From Monocercomonoides exilis PA203 (lineage: Eukaryota; Protista; Preaxostyla): 64,000 nucleotides of DNA. How positions within the stretch are numbered: the first letter of the stretch is position 1; the number at the start of each line of letters is the position of its first letter. The stretch is from assembly GCA_001643675.2 (NCBI GenBank), contig LSRY02000009.1:682001-746000 (forward strand), in the 5' to 3' direction. Under the pieces are notes generated by a model, which was not told the DNA's origin, searched no databases, and saw only the letters and a list, made by a program, of their open reading frames with translations. Shown piece after piece: positions 30,001 to 44,300 of this stretch. A program made the position numbers and the translations under genes.

Positions 30001-31799
30001 AAATAAAAAGATGAAATTATACACATTTATTAATTTAACCATTCATTTCTTATAAAATTCTGTCTAACCCAGAAATATTTGTTTTTTTGAACGTAACTGA
30101 GAAATCAACGTGAAACCAAAACAACAAATAAATTCGTTTTCGAAAAATTCGTTGAATATTCGAATTAAAAAAAGCAAAATACTCCAAATCAAAATTTTTT
30201 TCAAAATTACACAGGGTTCGAAACTTCTTTTGCAACAATGATTTTTTTCTCGAAGAAGGCAAATCAAAAAGCAGAAAAAATAGACCTTTTTTCAACAAAT
30301 AAATAAGGCTTCACAACATATAATTTATAAAGTTTGAGTTTTATTTTTGGTGACTATCTGTTAAAAGAGCATGTCTGAGCTGCTTGAATGCACTACAAAT
30401 GATGCGCCCATGCAAGTTATGGAGCTGTCGATGAGCATGGATTTTGTTTACAGATGGAGGAGCGAGTGGCTGTTTGCATCTATTGCTTGCGAAAAGAAAA
30501 TTTGGTGGGGGAAATCAGCATGAATTCGAACTTGGTTGTGAATTACAAAACATATAGTGCAATATCTGCTGCGATATTTTGAATGAAAAATAACTCAAGC
30601 AAGATGCCGAAAAAGCGAGGAGAATATATTTGAAGGATTGAATTGAACAGCTTGTTCATTTCGAGGGAAATGTGTTTCACTTGGCATTTCTTTTGCTCAG
30701 GACTTGTTTAACATGATTTTTTGGGGGAAGATTTAATTTGTGGAAAAGGAAAGGGAATTGAGGGATTGGACAATGGAGGAAACGAGTTAAACAAAACACT
30801 CAGCAGGCCTCAACAACAATCTCATTTGCATTTTGCACTGAGCATGCTGGTATGCTATCAGCAAAGACATGACGTTGAATAAGTCTTTGAAAAGGAGTTT
30901 ATTTGGAGAAAATTAATTTTTACTTTAATCATTATCGGTTTCATAAAGGATTCTTTGCGTTGGATGACGTTCTATGTCAGCGATTTGTTATCTAGTTGTC
31001 AGTTTTTTCATATGGCAAGAGGCAGCTTTGGAGAACAAGAAAGCCAACTGAGTTGATAATTATTAATCAATTGGAGGTGGGATAATAATTCTAGGTAAAA
31101 AAAGATGGTTTGACTTTTTTTTATTTCATTCATTTTTCTTTCAAGGTGTTCTTTCAGTGAATGCAGATTGGACATGAACAGGAATGCCATAGAAAGAAAC
31201 GCCTTCTTTTCATTTCGCGAAAGATCCAGAAGTTTATGAGATGATTCTTATTTGCATTTCATTCAACAATGACATTCATGACTTCTGCAATCTGTTTTGC
31301 ATGACGCATAACCCGACAATGCTTAACATGAGCTCGAAAGAGAGAAAAAGCAGTTTTTTGGGATGTTTATCGAGAGTGCTTAAAAGAAGCGACTCTTTTG
31401 TTAAATGATGAGTTAACTGAGCATACACACTCAAAAGATAAATAACTTCTAATGTTCTTCAACACTCATCTTCTTTGCTTAACTCTTTGCATCTATCTCC
31501 TTTATAACAAATGTCGTTATCATTTTTCACCACCTTCTCCCTCTTCTCCCTCTTCCTCCTCCTATCATCTTCATATTTTACTCACACCTCTTTTTTTTCT
31601 AACAAAGAAAAAGATCGCATTCTCCAGAAAAAATATTGCATTTCCATCCTTTTCAAAAAACATTTTTCGTTTCATTTTTAGAATTTCAAATCATCCATCC
31701 CACCTTCTTCGAATCATTTCTCTTGGATCATCTATTCAATGTTAAAAAAATTTTTAACTTCATATAATTTATTCACATGTTCAACGGATGATATGTTTC

Positions 31800-32675
31800 A
31801 AAAAAAGGTTAGAAAATGAAGTGCAAAAAACACAAAATTTATATTGAGTGCTTGTTTTGAAAGAAAAAAAAATATAAATATAAAGAAATGTCTTTGTCTT
31901 GAATTTCTGCATAAAGAAGAAAACGGAGTAGACGACTCCAATAGGCTTCTATTGCGTTGGTGCAACAGTCTGTTTATTTGTCCCAAAAGCATTTCTTGAA
32001 ATTATCGTTAAATACTTAAATCCTTCTTTTTTAATTTTGCTGTATCCTCTCCATTCATCGCTCCACACTGTCGTCCCAGCATGTGAATGCCTTCTTGACA
32101 CTCCCGTCAAGCATATTGATGATCGATCGTCAACTTTTTTTAAAAAAGATTTAGGATTTTTGACATTTGATTCAATTCCGCTGACTATCCATGTCTGTTT
32201 TTTTGGTTTTCCTTTCCTATATTTTCTTCTTCTGAGTAACATTTCGTCAACTTGAACAGTGCAGTTTCTTCCACCAATTCTTCTGTTTTTTCCTTTAATC
32301 ATTTCTTGTGCTGCCCTTCGAAATAGATTAAAAAGAATGCAAATAGCGTTACAGCTTGCTCCTGTCAAAAAAGATGCGCGCATAACATCAACATTAATCC
32401 ACCATAGCAACAACATTTTCATTAAAGTGGAAATCAATAATTTCGAATAAAAAAAATATTGAAATGTGTCTGATAGATTGGAATCAACATTTGCACTTGC
32501 ACTTAACTATGTTTTTCGCACAATAAATGATTCCTGGTGTCTTTTTGCATTTTGTGCACGTATTAGCTGTTGTAAATAATCTGTACGACAATAGCAATTC
32601 AATTGTCTTTCTCTCGTTGGAAAATGATTTCAACAGCGTAGAAATATCTTTTTTCGAATCACGAAAAATTGGCAT
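31800..32675 (-). mobile_element. Merlin (IS1595/ISXO2-like) transposase pseudogene
   Basis: N-terminal C..C zinc ribbon; GGRNCTVQVDE, RRRKYRKGK, WIVSGIE, GTTVWSDEWRGY; frameshifted TNAIEAYWS. Confidence 0.85.
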
Positions 32676-32889
32676 ATAACTAAAATCAAATGGTTTTTGA
32701 CAAAATCCTCACAAATGACGAATAAACAAAAATTTCAAACCTGTTAAAAACAAGAAAATGGTTTGGGAAAGTTAAAATGAAAAAATGAAAGTTTCAAACC
32801 ATGCATATTCAACAGATTAAACAAATTTTGAACAAATTAAGATAACATTTTTCTTTCTTGGTTAATATAAAAAAATATTTTTTTTTTGA

Positions 32890-33450
32890 TGTTCCATAAA
32901 CTTGGAACTTGCCGATCCTATCCATCCGCCTTCGAGCCTTTCAATGCATCAAAAAATCCATATCTGATCCTTCTTTCTCTCCCTTCCGAATTTTCGTATT
33001 CTCCACATCTCCTCATCGTTTTCCGCTATCTACACCTCTCCACCTACAACTTTCTTCGTAGAATTCCATAATTATGAGCAGAACACACGAACGACACTAC
33101 CCCCAAATCCCACAGTCTTTTTGCTAATGGCAAGTATTGTTGATGTCGTTGAAATACGAATTATAAGAAAGTTAAACAAACAAATAAATAATGTTGTTCC
33201 AAAGGGAGTCTTCATTTCCTCTAAAACAGCGTTGTTGTTGACTGATGTCTTTTCAGTGCATTTCGTGCACTTCCAAAATCTGAAGTTAGGCACTATTTTT
33301 TAATGATTTTTTTGGATTCTATGTTTGGTTCATACAGGTTTTTTTATTTTTCCAGGATATGAGTGAGAAACCAATCCCAAGTTGTGTATTTGTTATGAAA
33401 CACCTTATTTTGATCAGAACTGCTTTCTGTTCCAAAACTAACAGGAACTT
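32890..33450 (-). mobile_element. Second Merlin transposase remnant (5' part)
   Basis: WKCTKCTEKTSV..., then *LWNSTKKVVGGEV*IAENDEEMWRIRKFGR, which aligns with the 36072-37043 copy. Confidence 0.7.
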
Positions 33451-33490
33451 ATTCCTATTTATATTTTTTTATTTTGTTCATCACCATATA

Positions 33491-35776
33491 GGGTGATTTA
33501 TAGAACCGAACTTTTTTAAAAACAAGGACTTTTTTTTTATAATAAGTTGATTTTTCCAACTTTTTATATTGTTTTCAAAATATAACGAAAAATCAATGAC
33601 TGAAATTCTAGATTTAATTACTATTCCTAATCTCTGATGTATATAAAGATGTGGTGGGTTAGCTCATCCAACCATGATTAGTGCATCCCCTGAGGAGATT
33701 AGGAAATAGCAAGGGGGATATCTATGTTAGCATTTAATCGAAAAAAAATTTTTAAACGGGTGATTGTTTTTGAAATCATATTTTTTCATTCAAAAATTTC
33801 GGTGCAAAAATATTTCTTTAATAAAATGTATTCAATAAGCCTTTTCACTTTTCAGTTTTTTTTATTGATAATCTTTGATTCGGAATAACCATTAGTTATT
33901 AGAAACAATCATTATGCTACTTTTCTTTTGAAATAAAAATTTCTTTCCAAAAACTTTCAATCTTTGAAAAATCAAAACCCCGAAAAAAGATATGATTTTA
34001 AAAATAATCACCCAAATTTTTTTCTTTACAAGAAAAATTTTTTTTAATTCAAATTAAAAAAGATCATTTCCAGAATATTTTTTCAATGAGTGTTGTGAAA
34101 AACAAAAAAGAATTTGTACAGTTAATTCTTCGAGAAAAAATGATGTCATTTAAATATCGTAGAATTGAAAATCGATTAGAACGCATGGCGCGGATAGTTG
34201 TTGATGGACATGTTCCAATCGTTGATGCAATTAATTCCAAAGAGTTCTCTCGTTCAGCAATAATTAGAGCAGTTTCAGCAATTGAAAGCGGCAGAGCTGT
34301 TGCAAAACCTGGCAGGCCAGAACTATTCAATGAAGAGGAAAAAAACATTATTGTTGGAGTTATAATAATCGAAAGCTTATCCGGAACTAGTTTAGATGCA
34401 AAGAGAACAAGAGAATTAGTTTGATTACACATTTATTTATCTTTCGTTTTTAATAATAAATATTTTTCAGATGGAATCCGTCCTTTCCGACAAAAAAAGA
34501 CGATCAGAAACTGATATTGATGAAAACACCAGTGTGTCCAAAGCATATCCATATCTATTTGCAAAAAGGAATTCTGAGCTCAAAGCGTCCATGCCAAGAA
34601 ATGTGGATATCCAACGTCTTTCAGTATCCAATCAACAAGCTCTTCTTCCTTTCTACGAGCTTCTGCAAAATCTTCACAATTCACATCATTATTCACCTTC
34701 TTTGATCTTTAACACCGATGAATCTTCGCTCCGCCTATCTGATTCCTTCAAAACTCTGGTGATTCATCCTTCAGGAGTGCCAGCCGGTTTCCATACTACA
34801 CCTTCAGGCATGCCCAGCGCAAATTTGGTTGTCTCAGCTGCTGCAAATGGAAATTTTCTCAAAAGCTTTGTGTTGTGGTCATGCCACAAATTACCAAAGG
34901 AAATGCGAGTTCTTCGAAGCGCATTCATTGATATTTGATATAACAACGATGGATGGATGACGGAAAGCGTTTCAAAAAGATACGCAGAAGAGATTATACT
35001 GAATTAAATCATTGAAAGAAGGGACATATAAATGAAGAACCATGAAAGATGTCTTTTTCTTTTGGATTCTCACTCTTCTCGGGCTCAGCCTGACGTATGG
35101 CAGATATTTACTGATAACAACATTGACTTCATCACTTTTATTCCTCACAGTTCACACATCATACAACCTCTTGATCGTGGTGCATTTGCAGTCTTCAAAA
35201 AATGCATCAACTCTCTATACTCTGTGCCTCCAGATTCTTCCATTTCTCTCTGACGTGAGGCCATCTCCAACGTTCTTCTAGAAGCTCTTCAGACAGCATT
35301 TCTTCCTGCAACTGTTGTTTCTTCGTTCAAGAAAAGCGGCGTGCTTTCAAACAAGTGGCATTCAGTACTATCAACACCTCCATAGGAACCTTCAGTGACA
35401 CTGAAAAAGTGAACACACAGGTTTGATTTTTTTGGAAAAATTATTACTGAACAAAAATTTCTTGAAGAATGGAAAAAAGAAAAGAAAAGAAAAGAAGATT
35501 AGAAAAGAAAAGATAATAATGATGAAAAAGAAGAAATAATTATTATTGCAGCTGAAAAGCTCAAAAAAGGAGATTTTACAAATCCTGCATTTTGAATGAT
35601 GATATTTTGGATAATGAATCAAAGTGGAAAAATTTCAAAAAAATTGTGAAGAGAGAACTTGTTGATTATATTTATTATTAATCATTTCAATTTTCACAAT
35701 AAAACATGATTGATAGAAAAAAAATTTTTAATAATTTCTTACCAAAATAAAAAAAGTCCGGGTTTATAAATCGCCC
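33491..35776 (+). mobile_element. pogo-like (DDE_1) DNA transposon, full length but inactive
   Basis: TIRs GGGTGATTTATAGAACCGAAC and (reverse complement) GGGCGATTTATAAACCCGGAC, flanked by TA on both sides. Transposase exon 34086-34418, phase-0 intron 34419-34470, then FNTDES, GWMT, LLDSHSSR and HIIQPLD. Several premature stops. Confidence 0.9.
33758..34013. mobile_element. 256-bp MITE nested in the pogo element
   Basis: TIR GGGTGATT(G/A)TTTTT(G/A)AAATCATA; flanks AAAC/AAAT; homologous in inverted orientation to 57408-57664. Confidence 0.8.
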
Positions 35777-35873
35777 TATGCAAGACCGCATTATATGGGA
35801 ATGGCCTATTTTTTGTGAAATTAATATATGAGTAATGTTGATAATAGATATCATGTTTTCATGCATCAAAGAT

Positions 35874-37130
35874 GTGCGGAAGTTGACAAAAAAGTCAAAA
35901 CCAAAAAACTAAAAATTGAGGAAGAAATGTGAGAAAGAATTTTATTAAAAAAAATTAAAAAAATCCATTAATCAACTTCCATGGGGTCAAATTCTGATGC
36001 ACTTGCACCGTCCCCAGCTCCAAGGGAATCTGATTCTTCAAATTCTATCTTTTGAAGAACGTTATTTTCATCTAATATATCAGATTCCAGCTCTGATTCT
36101 GTCGAGTCACTTTCTTCACTTTCAGAATTTCCATTTCATTTTCTTTTTCAGTTCGATCGAGGACGATTTCCTTTATTAGATTTTCAAATTGTATTTGAAA
36201 GTTTCTTCTGACAAGCCATATAGATAAATAGTCCCCAAGAAACTTTTCTCTGCATCCTGTTCTTGGAAAAATTTTCCGTAAATTCATCCACAAACCTTCG
36301 ACAGTGTTTGCGCAGGAATGTGTTATTTTGTTTTTGAATTCTCGCTTGTGACAGACAGTATCATGAGCGTAACCATAATCTTTCTATCTCGTATAAGCTT
36401 TCCATTCATCGCTCATGATCCGAGTTCCAGGAAGAATTATGGCTCGTATAATTGGAACCAATGTCTCAGCCTTTCTATTTGGCACGATCATCACGAAGTT
36501 CTTCCCCGTACCTGCCTCTGGTTTCCTTTCCACAGCTCCAAATATCCAAATTTGTCTCTTCTTTTTCCCTCGCTCATCCTTTCTGCGCCTCCAAACCGCT
36601 TCGTCGATCTCCACAATTCTTCCCGTCCCTCCTATGATAGCTTGATTTTTGTTCCATATTGATGTACATCTGACTCGAATAACACTCGTCCAATAATGTA
36701 TTGTGCATTCACTTATTCCAAGCAGTTCACCAATGTGTGCGGCTGATATACCAATGTGATGATGTAAAACAATCATCAAAAATTTTCTCAGTGGTATTTT
36801 CGAATTTTCCAGTGATGTGTTTTTAAAAACTGACTGTTTTTTGCCGCAATTTGCGCATATCCAATATTTGTAAAATTCATCTCCAAATGTGAATATCATT
36901 TTGCATTTATCATGTCTGCATACTGGAACTTTTTTTTCCAGCGCATTTTCGAAATACCATTTCCATGCACCCATTTCATCAGAAAATATATCATTGAGTT
37001 CACAAATAGGTGTTTTTGTGAACATTCTGTGTGACAAAGACATTTGATGAATGTTTGATCGAACCCATTAATACTTGAAAATGACCTTTGTTCAAAAAAT
37101 AAAAGTTATATTTTTGACCACTTTCCGCAC
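35874..37130 (-). mobile_element. Near-intact Merlin transposon; transposase 37043..36072 with one in-frame TAG (36384-36386)
   Basis: GGTGRIVEIDE, IWIFGAVER, VPNRKAETL, PGTRIMSDEWKAY, HDTVCH and NTVEGLW all lie in one frame. Imperfect TIRs: GTGCGGAAGTTGACAAAAA and (reverse complement) GTGCGGAAAGTGGTCAAAAA. Confidence 0.88.
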
Positions 37131-38492
37131 GTTTTATGGAGATTATTATTGTATTATAATTAATTATAAATCAAATAAAACAGAAATTAACTTATTCCAG
37201 ACGTTCCTATATCTTCAGATCTTGCCAACTCTTTTCTCTTTTCTTTTTCAATTTCATCTTCTATCTTCCTTTTCAATCTTCTCTAAATATTCAAAAAGAT
37301 AAGTGAGCTTTCACATGGAATATTGCCATTGATTTTTTGATGCCAAATCACCTCCAAAACATCACAAACAGCCCCACTCTCCAACAAATCATCTATTTCC
37401 TTATTTCTGTTTTCTGCTGCATTTCTGAACGAAGAAATGCATCGATTTCTGATTTCTCTGTAATAATCCTTTTCTGCTCGAATTGCCTTAGAAACGCTGC
37501 AAATAATCCCTACAAATTCATCGTTCAAAAATTTTTATGAGGATGGGAAATGATAACACATTTTATTCAATCTCCCTATTAATATCTCTTCTTTCGCTTC
37601 CTTTCCTTTTTTCTCTCTTAATCCGCACATTTAGCATACTCTTCCTTTTCATTTGCTTCCTCTCTCGCAAAGTGCAACTCATTCACCGATTTTTCTTCAT
37701 AACTTTTTCGATATCTTAATCAACTTTTCAAAAAAAAAAAAACCAGTCAATCTGATAGGATTGCTGAGAGAAATGTCCATATCTCAGATGGTATCAGTTG
37801 ATTTCTTTAATTTCTTTGATTGTTTGTTCATGCTGAGCTTTCTCAATCAAAAGAAAATCAAGATCTGTCATATCATAACGAATCAAAAATGCTCATTTGC
37901 AACACAATTAATAAACACATTTCATTTTCAAACAAAAAACAAAATCTCAAAAAAGATGATTCTTCCGTTTTATGCTCTGCCTTATCTTCTGTTCTTCATG
38001 AAATTTATTTTGAGTATAGAAAAGATGAAACAAAAAAAGTGTTTTTGTCAAAGGAAATCGAAATTTTTATTCAAATTACAAACTCAAATGTGCAATTTTC
38101 TTGGCTTCTTTTTTATGGATTACATCTTTTTTTTTTCATTCCATTTTTTTCAACAGCGAAGCAAGAAAAACAAACGATTCATTCTCGAATTTTTAACAAT
38201 CAAACAAAACGGTAAATTCTTTGAGTTTGTGAATAAAAGCGAATTCATTCGAACACATAATTAACATTTTTCATATGCGTTTCATGAGCATATTCAAATT
38301 AATGTTCTGTGTTATTAAAATGTTTGTGCCCATCATCAACCAAATTTTGATTGCCAACAGTAGGATTGAAACACATGTAATAGTCAACTTCAATGTTTCT
38401 CAATCACTGAATTGGATTTCAATTCCAAATATAAATCCAATTTAAAATATTCATTGAATGATTATTCCATAACAACTATTCATATTTGTATA

Positions 38493-39474
38493 GGGTCAGA
38501 TTTTTATTAGTACCCCGTTTTTTATTAGATCCTAAATTTTTTTTTCGTATATTACTTCAAATAGAAGCTTTTACGCAACAAGAATAATTTTAAAACAAAT
38601 AATATATTATTATTAGGTTGTATACCAAATATTTTTGAAAATTATTTCTTTTAAAAAAAGATCTGAATTTTTTATGTTTTATTTTTTGATCAATGTTTTG
38701 CTTGTGTTTCCATGAGTTTTTGAAACCGAGTGTTTTCCTTGTTGGCATTGTTTTTAAACTTTTCTTTTTAACATTTTTGGTTATTTTATAACTTGAGAAA
38801 CTCATTTTTTTCAATAGTTTTCACACCTCACCTTTTTTTTGTAAAATTGAAATATTGAAGAAATATGTTGTTGTTTTTTTAATTAATCATACGTGCATGA
38901 TTTGCAAATTAGTGTATCAAATTATAAATGTGATGAAAAATTGAATCAAAAAGTATTTATATCAGAAAATGAAAAAGTTGATATTTTATTTTTCAGGTTT
39001 TATTATTCATACACATATAATTAACAAAGAATTTTTTTGAATATGACATTATTCATAATATTACATCATTTAAATACAAGGAAATTTATTATTAATAATT
39101 TGTTTTGTAAATATTTCAGTTTTACAAAAAAAAGGTGAGGTGTGAAAACTATTGAAAAAAATGAGTTTCTCAAGTTATAAAATAACCAAAAATGTTAAAA
39201 AGAAAAGTTTAAAAACAATGCCAACAAGGAAAACACTCGGTTTCAAAAACTCATGGAAACACAAGCAAAACATTGATCAAAAAATAAAACATAAAAAATT
39301 CAGATCTTTTTTTAAAAGAAATAATTTTCAAAAATATTTGGTATACAACCTAATAATAATATATTATTTGTTTTAAAATTATTTTTATTGAATGAAAGCT
39401 TCTATGTGAAGCAATATGAGATAAAAAATTTTTAGGATCTAATAAAAATATGGGTACCAATAAAAATCTGACAC
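38493..39474. mobile_element. Foldback-type non-autonomous element with arms of about 360 bp, TA-flanked
   Basis: Arms at about 38493-38856 and 39110-39474. The identical mirror ORFs 38590-38814(-) and 39152-39376(+) result from the palindrome. TA at 38491-92 and 39475-76. Confidence 0.88.
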
Positions 39475-41335
39475 TATATCAACAAAAAGAACCAACATAT
39501 ACAAGGAAGTGGTTTTTATCCTTGAATATGATGATTTGTGCAATTAATTTCAAAAAAAATAAAGAATAGTTTTCTGATTGTTATATAATGAAGGAAATAA
39601 CTTTATTTTGCAGTTATCTTCCCCTATCGAATTATTACGTTCCAATAACGCAAATCCTATTGAATCATGCAAATGTATTCTATGGGCGTTGAAACTTATC
39701 TCAGGCAATATCTCTAACGGATCAGTGAGATTCATTTTCTTTTCTTAAATAATTTTTGGAAACCGTTTTTCGTTTTTTTCCACTTTTTTTTCTCTCCTCC
39801 CTGCTTCTCTGTTCATTCTCGTGCATACTTCCACATTTTAATAATTGCAACAATTTCGCTTGTCAATACCAAGATCAACAAATTTTAAAACTTTCACTCA
39901 ACGATAAATGTCAACTTGATGAACAATTTCCTTTAATGATAATTATTCCATCTGTATCTGTTCGAAGCTTTTCTTTTCCATTTAACATTTGTAATGAAAT
40001 GGATCAAGAAACCAGAACAGATCTGTATCGACAAATGTCTGTTCGCTTCTCCCAAACTCGTTCGAATCTTCAGCAAGTTGTTCATATTTAAAGTGGAAAG
40101 AGACTTAAGTTAAGATTGCTTTGAAATTTTTACAGCCCATATACATTTCCCTGCACTTGGCTGTATCATTGATGAAAAAGTTGCTATGCGAATAAAAAAT
40201 GGCCGTCCAGCTGTAATTTACCGGTACACTTCACACAAAAACATCCTCTGACCTGGATGATCTTCAAATTCGTTGCCACTGAACTTTTTCCATGCAGTTC
40301 TCAGATCGCATTCACTTAGAAGATTCAATCCAATCATCCTTCTGGCAAAGAAGAATAAGAAATACGACGCTTGGAAAGACGATAGATAGATATAAGCTGA
40401 AAACAAATATTAATCATCGCCTTTTTTTCAAACGCAAGCAATTTTTGATGATATGTTTGTTTGTAATAAAGCTTTTGAAACATTCAATTGATTTTTCTCA
40501 CTTGTCAATTTTTTATTGAATAACAATCTAAAAGAATATGAATAATTTCTTTATTAACAAAAGTCTAAAATTTTTCTGTTAAGAATCAGTGCTTCAATTG
40601 AAGATCGCGTTCAAGAAAAGAAAAATAATCAATGGATGCAATATGAATATAAAGAATTATGAAATCAGAAATCTAATTTCGTTACGTATCAAATAAAGGA
40701 ATTATATTTATGATGCGAAAAATATTTCACATTAAAATAAGGAATAAATGGCTATTCTCGTTATTTCAACTAAGTTTTGCGAAATGGATGCATAATTAAT
40801 TATAATGGTAATTATTTTTAAATATAATTTTTTTTCGTTTGTTGTGAATTTCGCATATCCTAAATATTAATTAAAATGGAATATATACTAAATGAATAAA
40901 TACAAATTGACTTTATTTATTTTTCTAAAAAAAACAATTGTGCATTCTCAATGGAAAAAAAAAGATGAAGGATTCGAGAATAATATAAGATGAGTTTTCA
41001 AGTGTCTTTTTATTTTAAAAAAAATGCATTCAACTCAACAAGAAAAAGATTGATTTTTCAGCGAGTTTTAAGTTGTTTTAACAAAAAAATAGGATTTGAA
41101 CAAAAATTTTTCACAAAAAAAACAAGTTAATGTTTTCAGGAATTATCCACATGTCAATAATGATTTAAAATTGAAGAATATCAGAAATTGTTAAAATTTA
41201 TCTTATTTAAAAAAATTGGAACTGTTGTATACAAAAAAATTCAAATTATATATGCAACCATAAAAAACAATAATGATGATACGTTTTATGCTTGTGTAGA
41301 TCTTTTATTGTTTTGAGAAAAGAACATTAAATTTA

Positions 41336-44300
41336 ATGTTATTCACATTTGTGTTATCCTATATAGTGCTCTCTTCTTATTCTGATGGACCAACTGAAAA
41401 GTTTGTTAAAAGTCAAGCAACAGGAGGAGATGGATCAGAAGGGCAACCATTTGGCTCAATTAATGATGCATATACTTCATTTACCGATCCAAATACGGAA
41501 GGTTTCGTCATAACAATAATTAAGGAAGAAGACGAAGCACCAAAGTTGAAACCAAATCCGATAACTTTAAGTATGGATTATCAAATTACAATTAAAGGTC
41601 AAATAACTGATGAACAGAATCCAGAGAAAATTTCAATTGATTGTTCATCAACTGTTGGAAATGATCTGTTAAAATGTGAGAAAACCGTTTCATTCGCGAG
41701 TTTGAAGTTCGTTTATAAAGCAACACTTGGAACTTCAACTGGCACATTATCATTAATTCATGCAGTTTCCACTGGGGACACTCCTGCAGTATTACCAGTG
41801 CTCTCAATAATTAGTTGTGAGTTTGATCGACCTACTGAAGAAACAAGTATTCATCTAGTAAAAGCGGATGCAGGAACTGTAAACATGGTTTCAGTTGTTT
41901 CCAACGACAATACTAAAACTGCAAAGTTTTCAGTTACACCCTTTTTGCTTGAAGGAGTTTCGTCTGTTTCAATGACAGGGTGTGGATTTGGAAAAATGGA
42001 ATCCAGTGCAAGTGCTGTCGTGATAATCAAAAATACAAAAAAAATTCAGGTTACGTTGGACACATGCACATTCACAGAATGCAAATCAACAGTAGCTGCA
42101 GCTAGTGAAACAAGCGGAGCACTTTATGTTGAAAGTGACGCAACAGATAGTGAATTCACAATTGGAAATACAGGAGCAACAACATTCACTTCATGCACCT
42201 GCGAACATGGCAAATCAGGAGCAATATATTTGAATATGAAAAATATTGCAGATGCAGAAAAATTGAAATGGCCCGGAACAGAAACTAATTTAGTTTTTAC
42301 AACTTGCACTATTGGAGCTGCAGATGCATCTAAAAATACATCTATATATTTGTACGTTCCAACAACTCTTCATGAAGGTATTGCAAATGCTATGAAAGCG
42401 AGTTTTGCTGCAAAATACGATCGAGTGGCACACAAAGATTATATAATGGCAAGAAAAACAGAAACAGAAAATATTGATCTTGTTTCAGAATATATTAATC
42501 CAGAACCAAAGCAGGTGAAAACTTTTTATGTCAAAAGTGGGGCAGCTGAAGGAGATGGATCAGATACAAAACCATGGGCCAACATAAAAGAAGCCTATGA
42601 TCATTTTACTGAAGCAAGCGAAGGAGGTTACTGCATTGAGATCATGAAAACTGATGGACAAGGTGAGGCATTGGTTGCAGAGGTGAATACATTTAACAAA
42701 GCAACAGGGGTGACAATTGAGGGGTATCTTGATAATGCTCAGTCTGAAAAGGCTGTGGAAGTTAATTGCGCATCTAGAAAAGGTACTGAAGGAAAAGACT
42801 TGTTCACGTGCAAGAAAGCTGTTTCATTCAAAAAGTTGAAAATGACGTTCCCATTGACATTTGAGAAAAAGGTAGCAGCAATGTCAAATGATGGAACATT
42901 GGCACTTATTCATGCTGATTCGGAATCAACATCTCTGGCCATTGACACTTGCGAATTTGTGAGAGCACCAAAGGAGACAGGAAAAGATTACATTGCTAAT
43001 ATTCACGTTGTGAATGTGGATGCTGGAGCTGTTTCAATGAACGATGTTAAATGTACTGGTGCAGAAGAATTGACATTTTCAGTCACACCATTCAAAGTTG
43101 AGGGAGTGACCTCTGTTTCATTAACCTTGCTGAACATTGAAAAGTTGAATTCCAAACAAAGTGCTGTGATGAAAGTTGTGGGAAAAGCTGATGAAGTTGT
43201 CACAGTTGTGATTGACAGATGCACATTTTCAAATTGCATTTCAAGTGATGAATCCACAGCAACAAGCGGAGCATTGCATGTTGAATGTGAAAACAAAGGG
43301 AGCAAATTTTCAGTGAAAGATAAAAGTGCAACATCATTTTCATCATGCAGTTGCACAAAAGGAAAATCAGGTGCTTTGTATCTGAAAATGGCAAATATTG
43401 AAAAAGCAAATCAACTGTCATGGCCCGAAACAAAAACTGATGATAATTTTAAATTCACTACTTGCACAGCAGGTGAAGGAGATAACGAAAAGAGTACAGG
43501 AATATATTTGGATGTGCCAGTTGCCCTTCATAAAGATATTGCAGACACAATGAAAGCGGGATTTGCAACAGGATATGTCCGAGGAACAAATGACTGGAAT
43601 ATTGTTGCCAACAGTGAAGATGGAGATGTTGACTTCACTTCAAAATACTTCAATCCAGCAATTGCATATGTGAAGAAAGATGGAAGTGGAAATGGAGAAA
43701 CATATGAAACTCCAATGGGAAGCATTATAAACGCGTATAACGGATTAGTGGCAAAGCCAAGCATCTCTGGATATGTCATCAAAGTTATCAAGGAAGAAGA
43801 TGATAAAAAGATTCTGAAAGCTGAAGCTGTAACATTCCTAAAAGAAGTTACGATTGTTGGTGTGACACAAGTTCAAGAAAAAGGTTCCGAAACGAAAAAA
43901 GAAGTTGAGGCAGAAGCCAGCCTTGATTGTGATGCCAAGAATGGAGGTGATTTATTCACATGCAAAAATAAAGTTGAGTTCAGGGGTGTTTCATTTTTGT
44001 ATCCGTTATCATTGGATAAACCTAAGAATTCAAATGATGATCCAGTTATTAATTCATTGATTGTTGCAGAAGGTGCAGATGCAAAGTTGAACATTGTGAA
44101 CTGCAAATTTGTCAAATCAAAAACAGAAACATCATCAAATGATGGTGAAGAAACAGTTGGAATCCATCTTGTGAAAGTGAGTGCAGGAACGTTGACAATG
44201 AACACTGTTGAATTCAAAGAAGCTAATGAAGTGAAATTCCAAAAGTCAATGTTTGTTATTAATGGTGCTTCTTCAGTCAAATTAGATAAAGTTGATATCG

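Noticed and set aside
33685-33720. Hammerhead core (CTGAGGA...GAAA)
   Set aside because: Stem II cannot pair, and there is no stem III or UH cleavage triplet.
38590-39376. Two identical 74-aa ORFs as duplicated genes
   Set aside because: They are chance frames in the mirror arms of an AT-rich foldback element.
39480-40420. Degraded piggyBac-like transposase (QLDE, GRPAVIYRY)
   Set aside because: The motifs are too short and scattered across frames; no TTAA-flanked TIRs were found.
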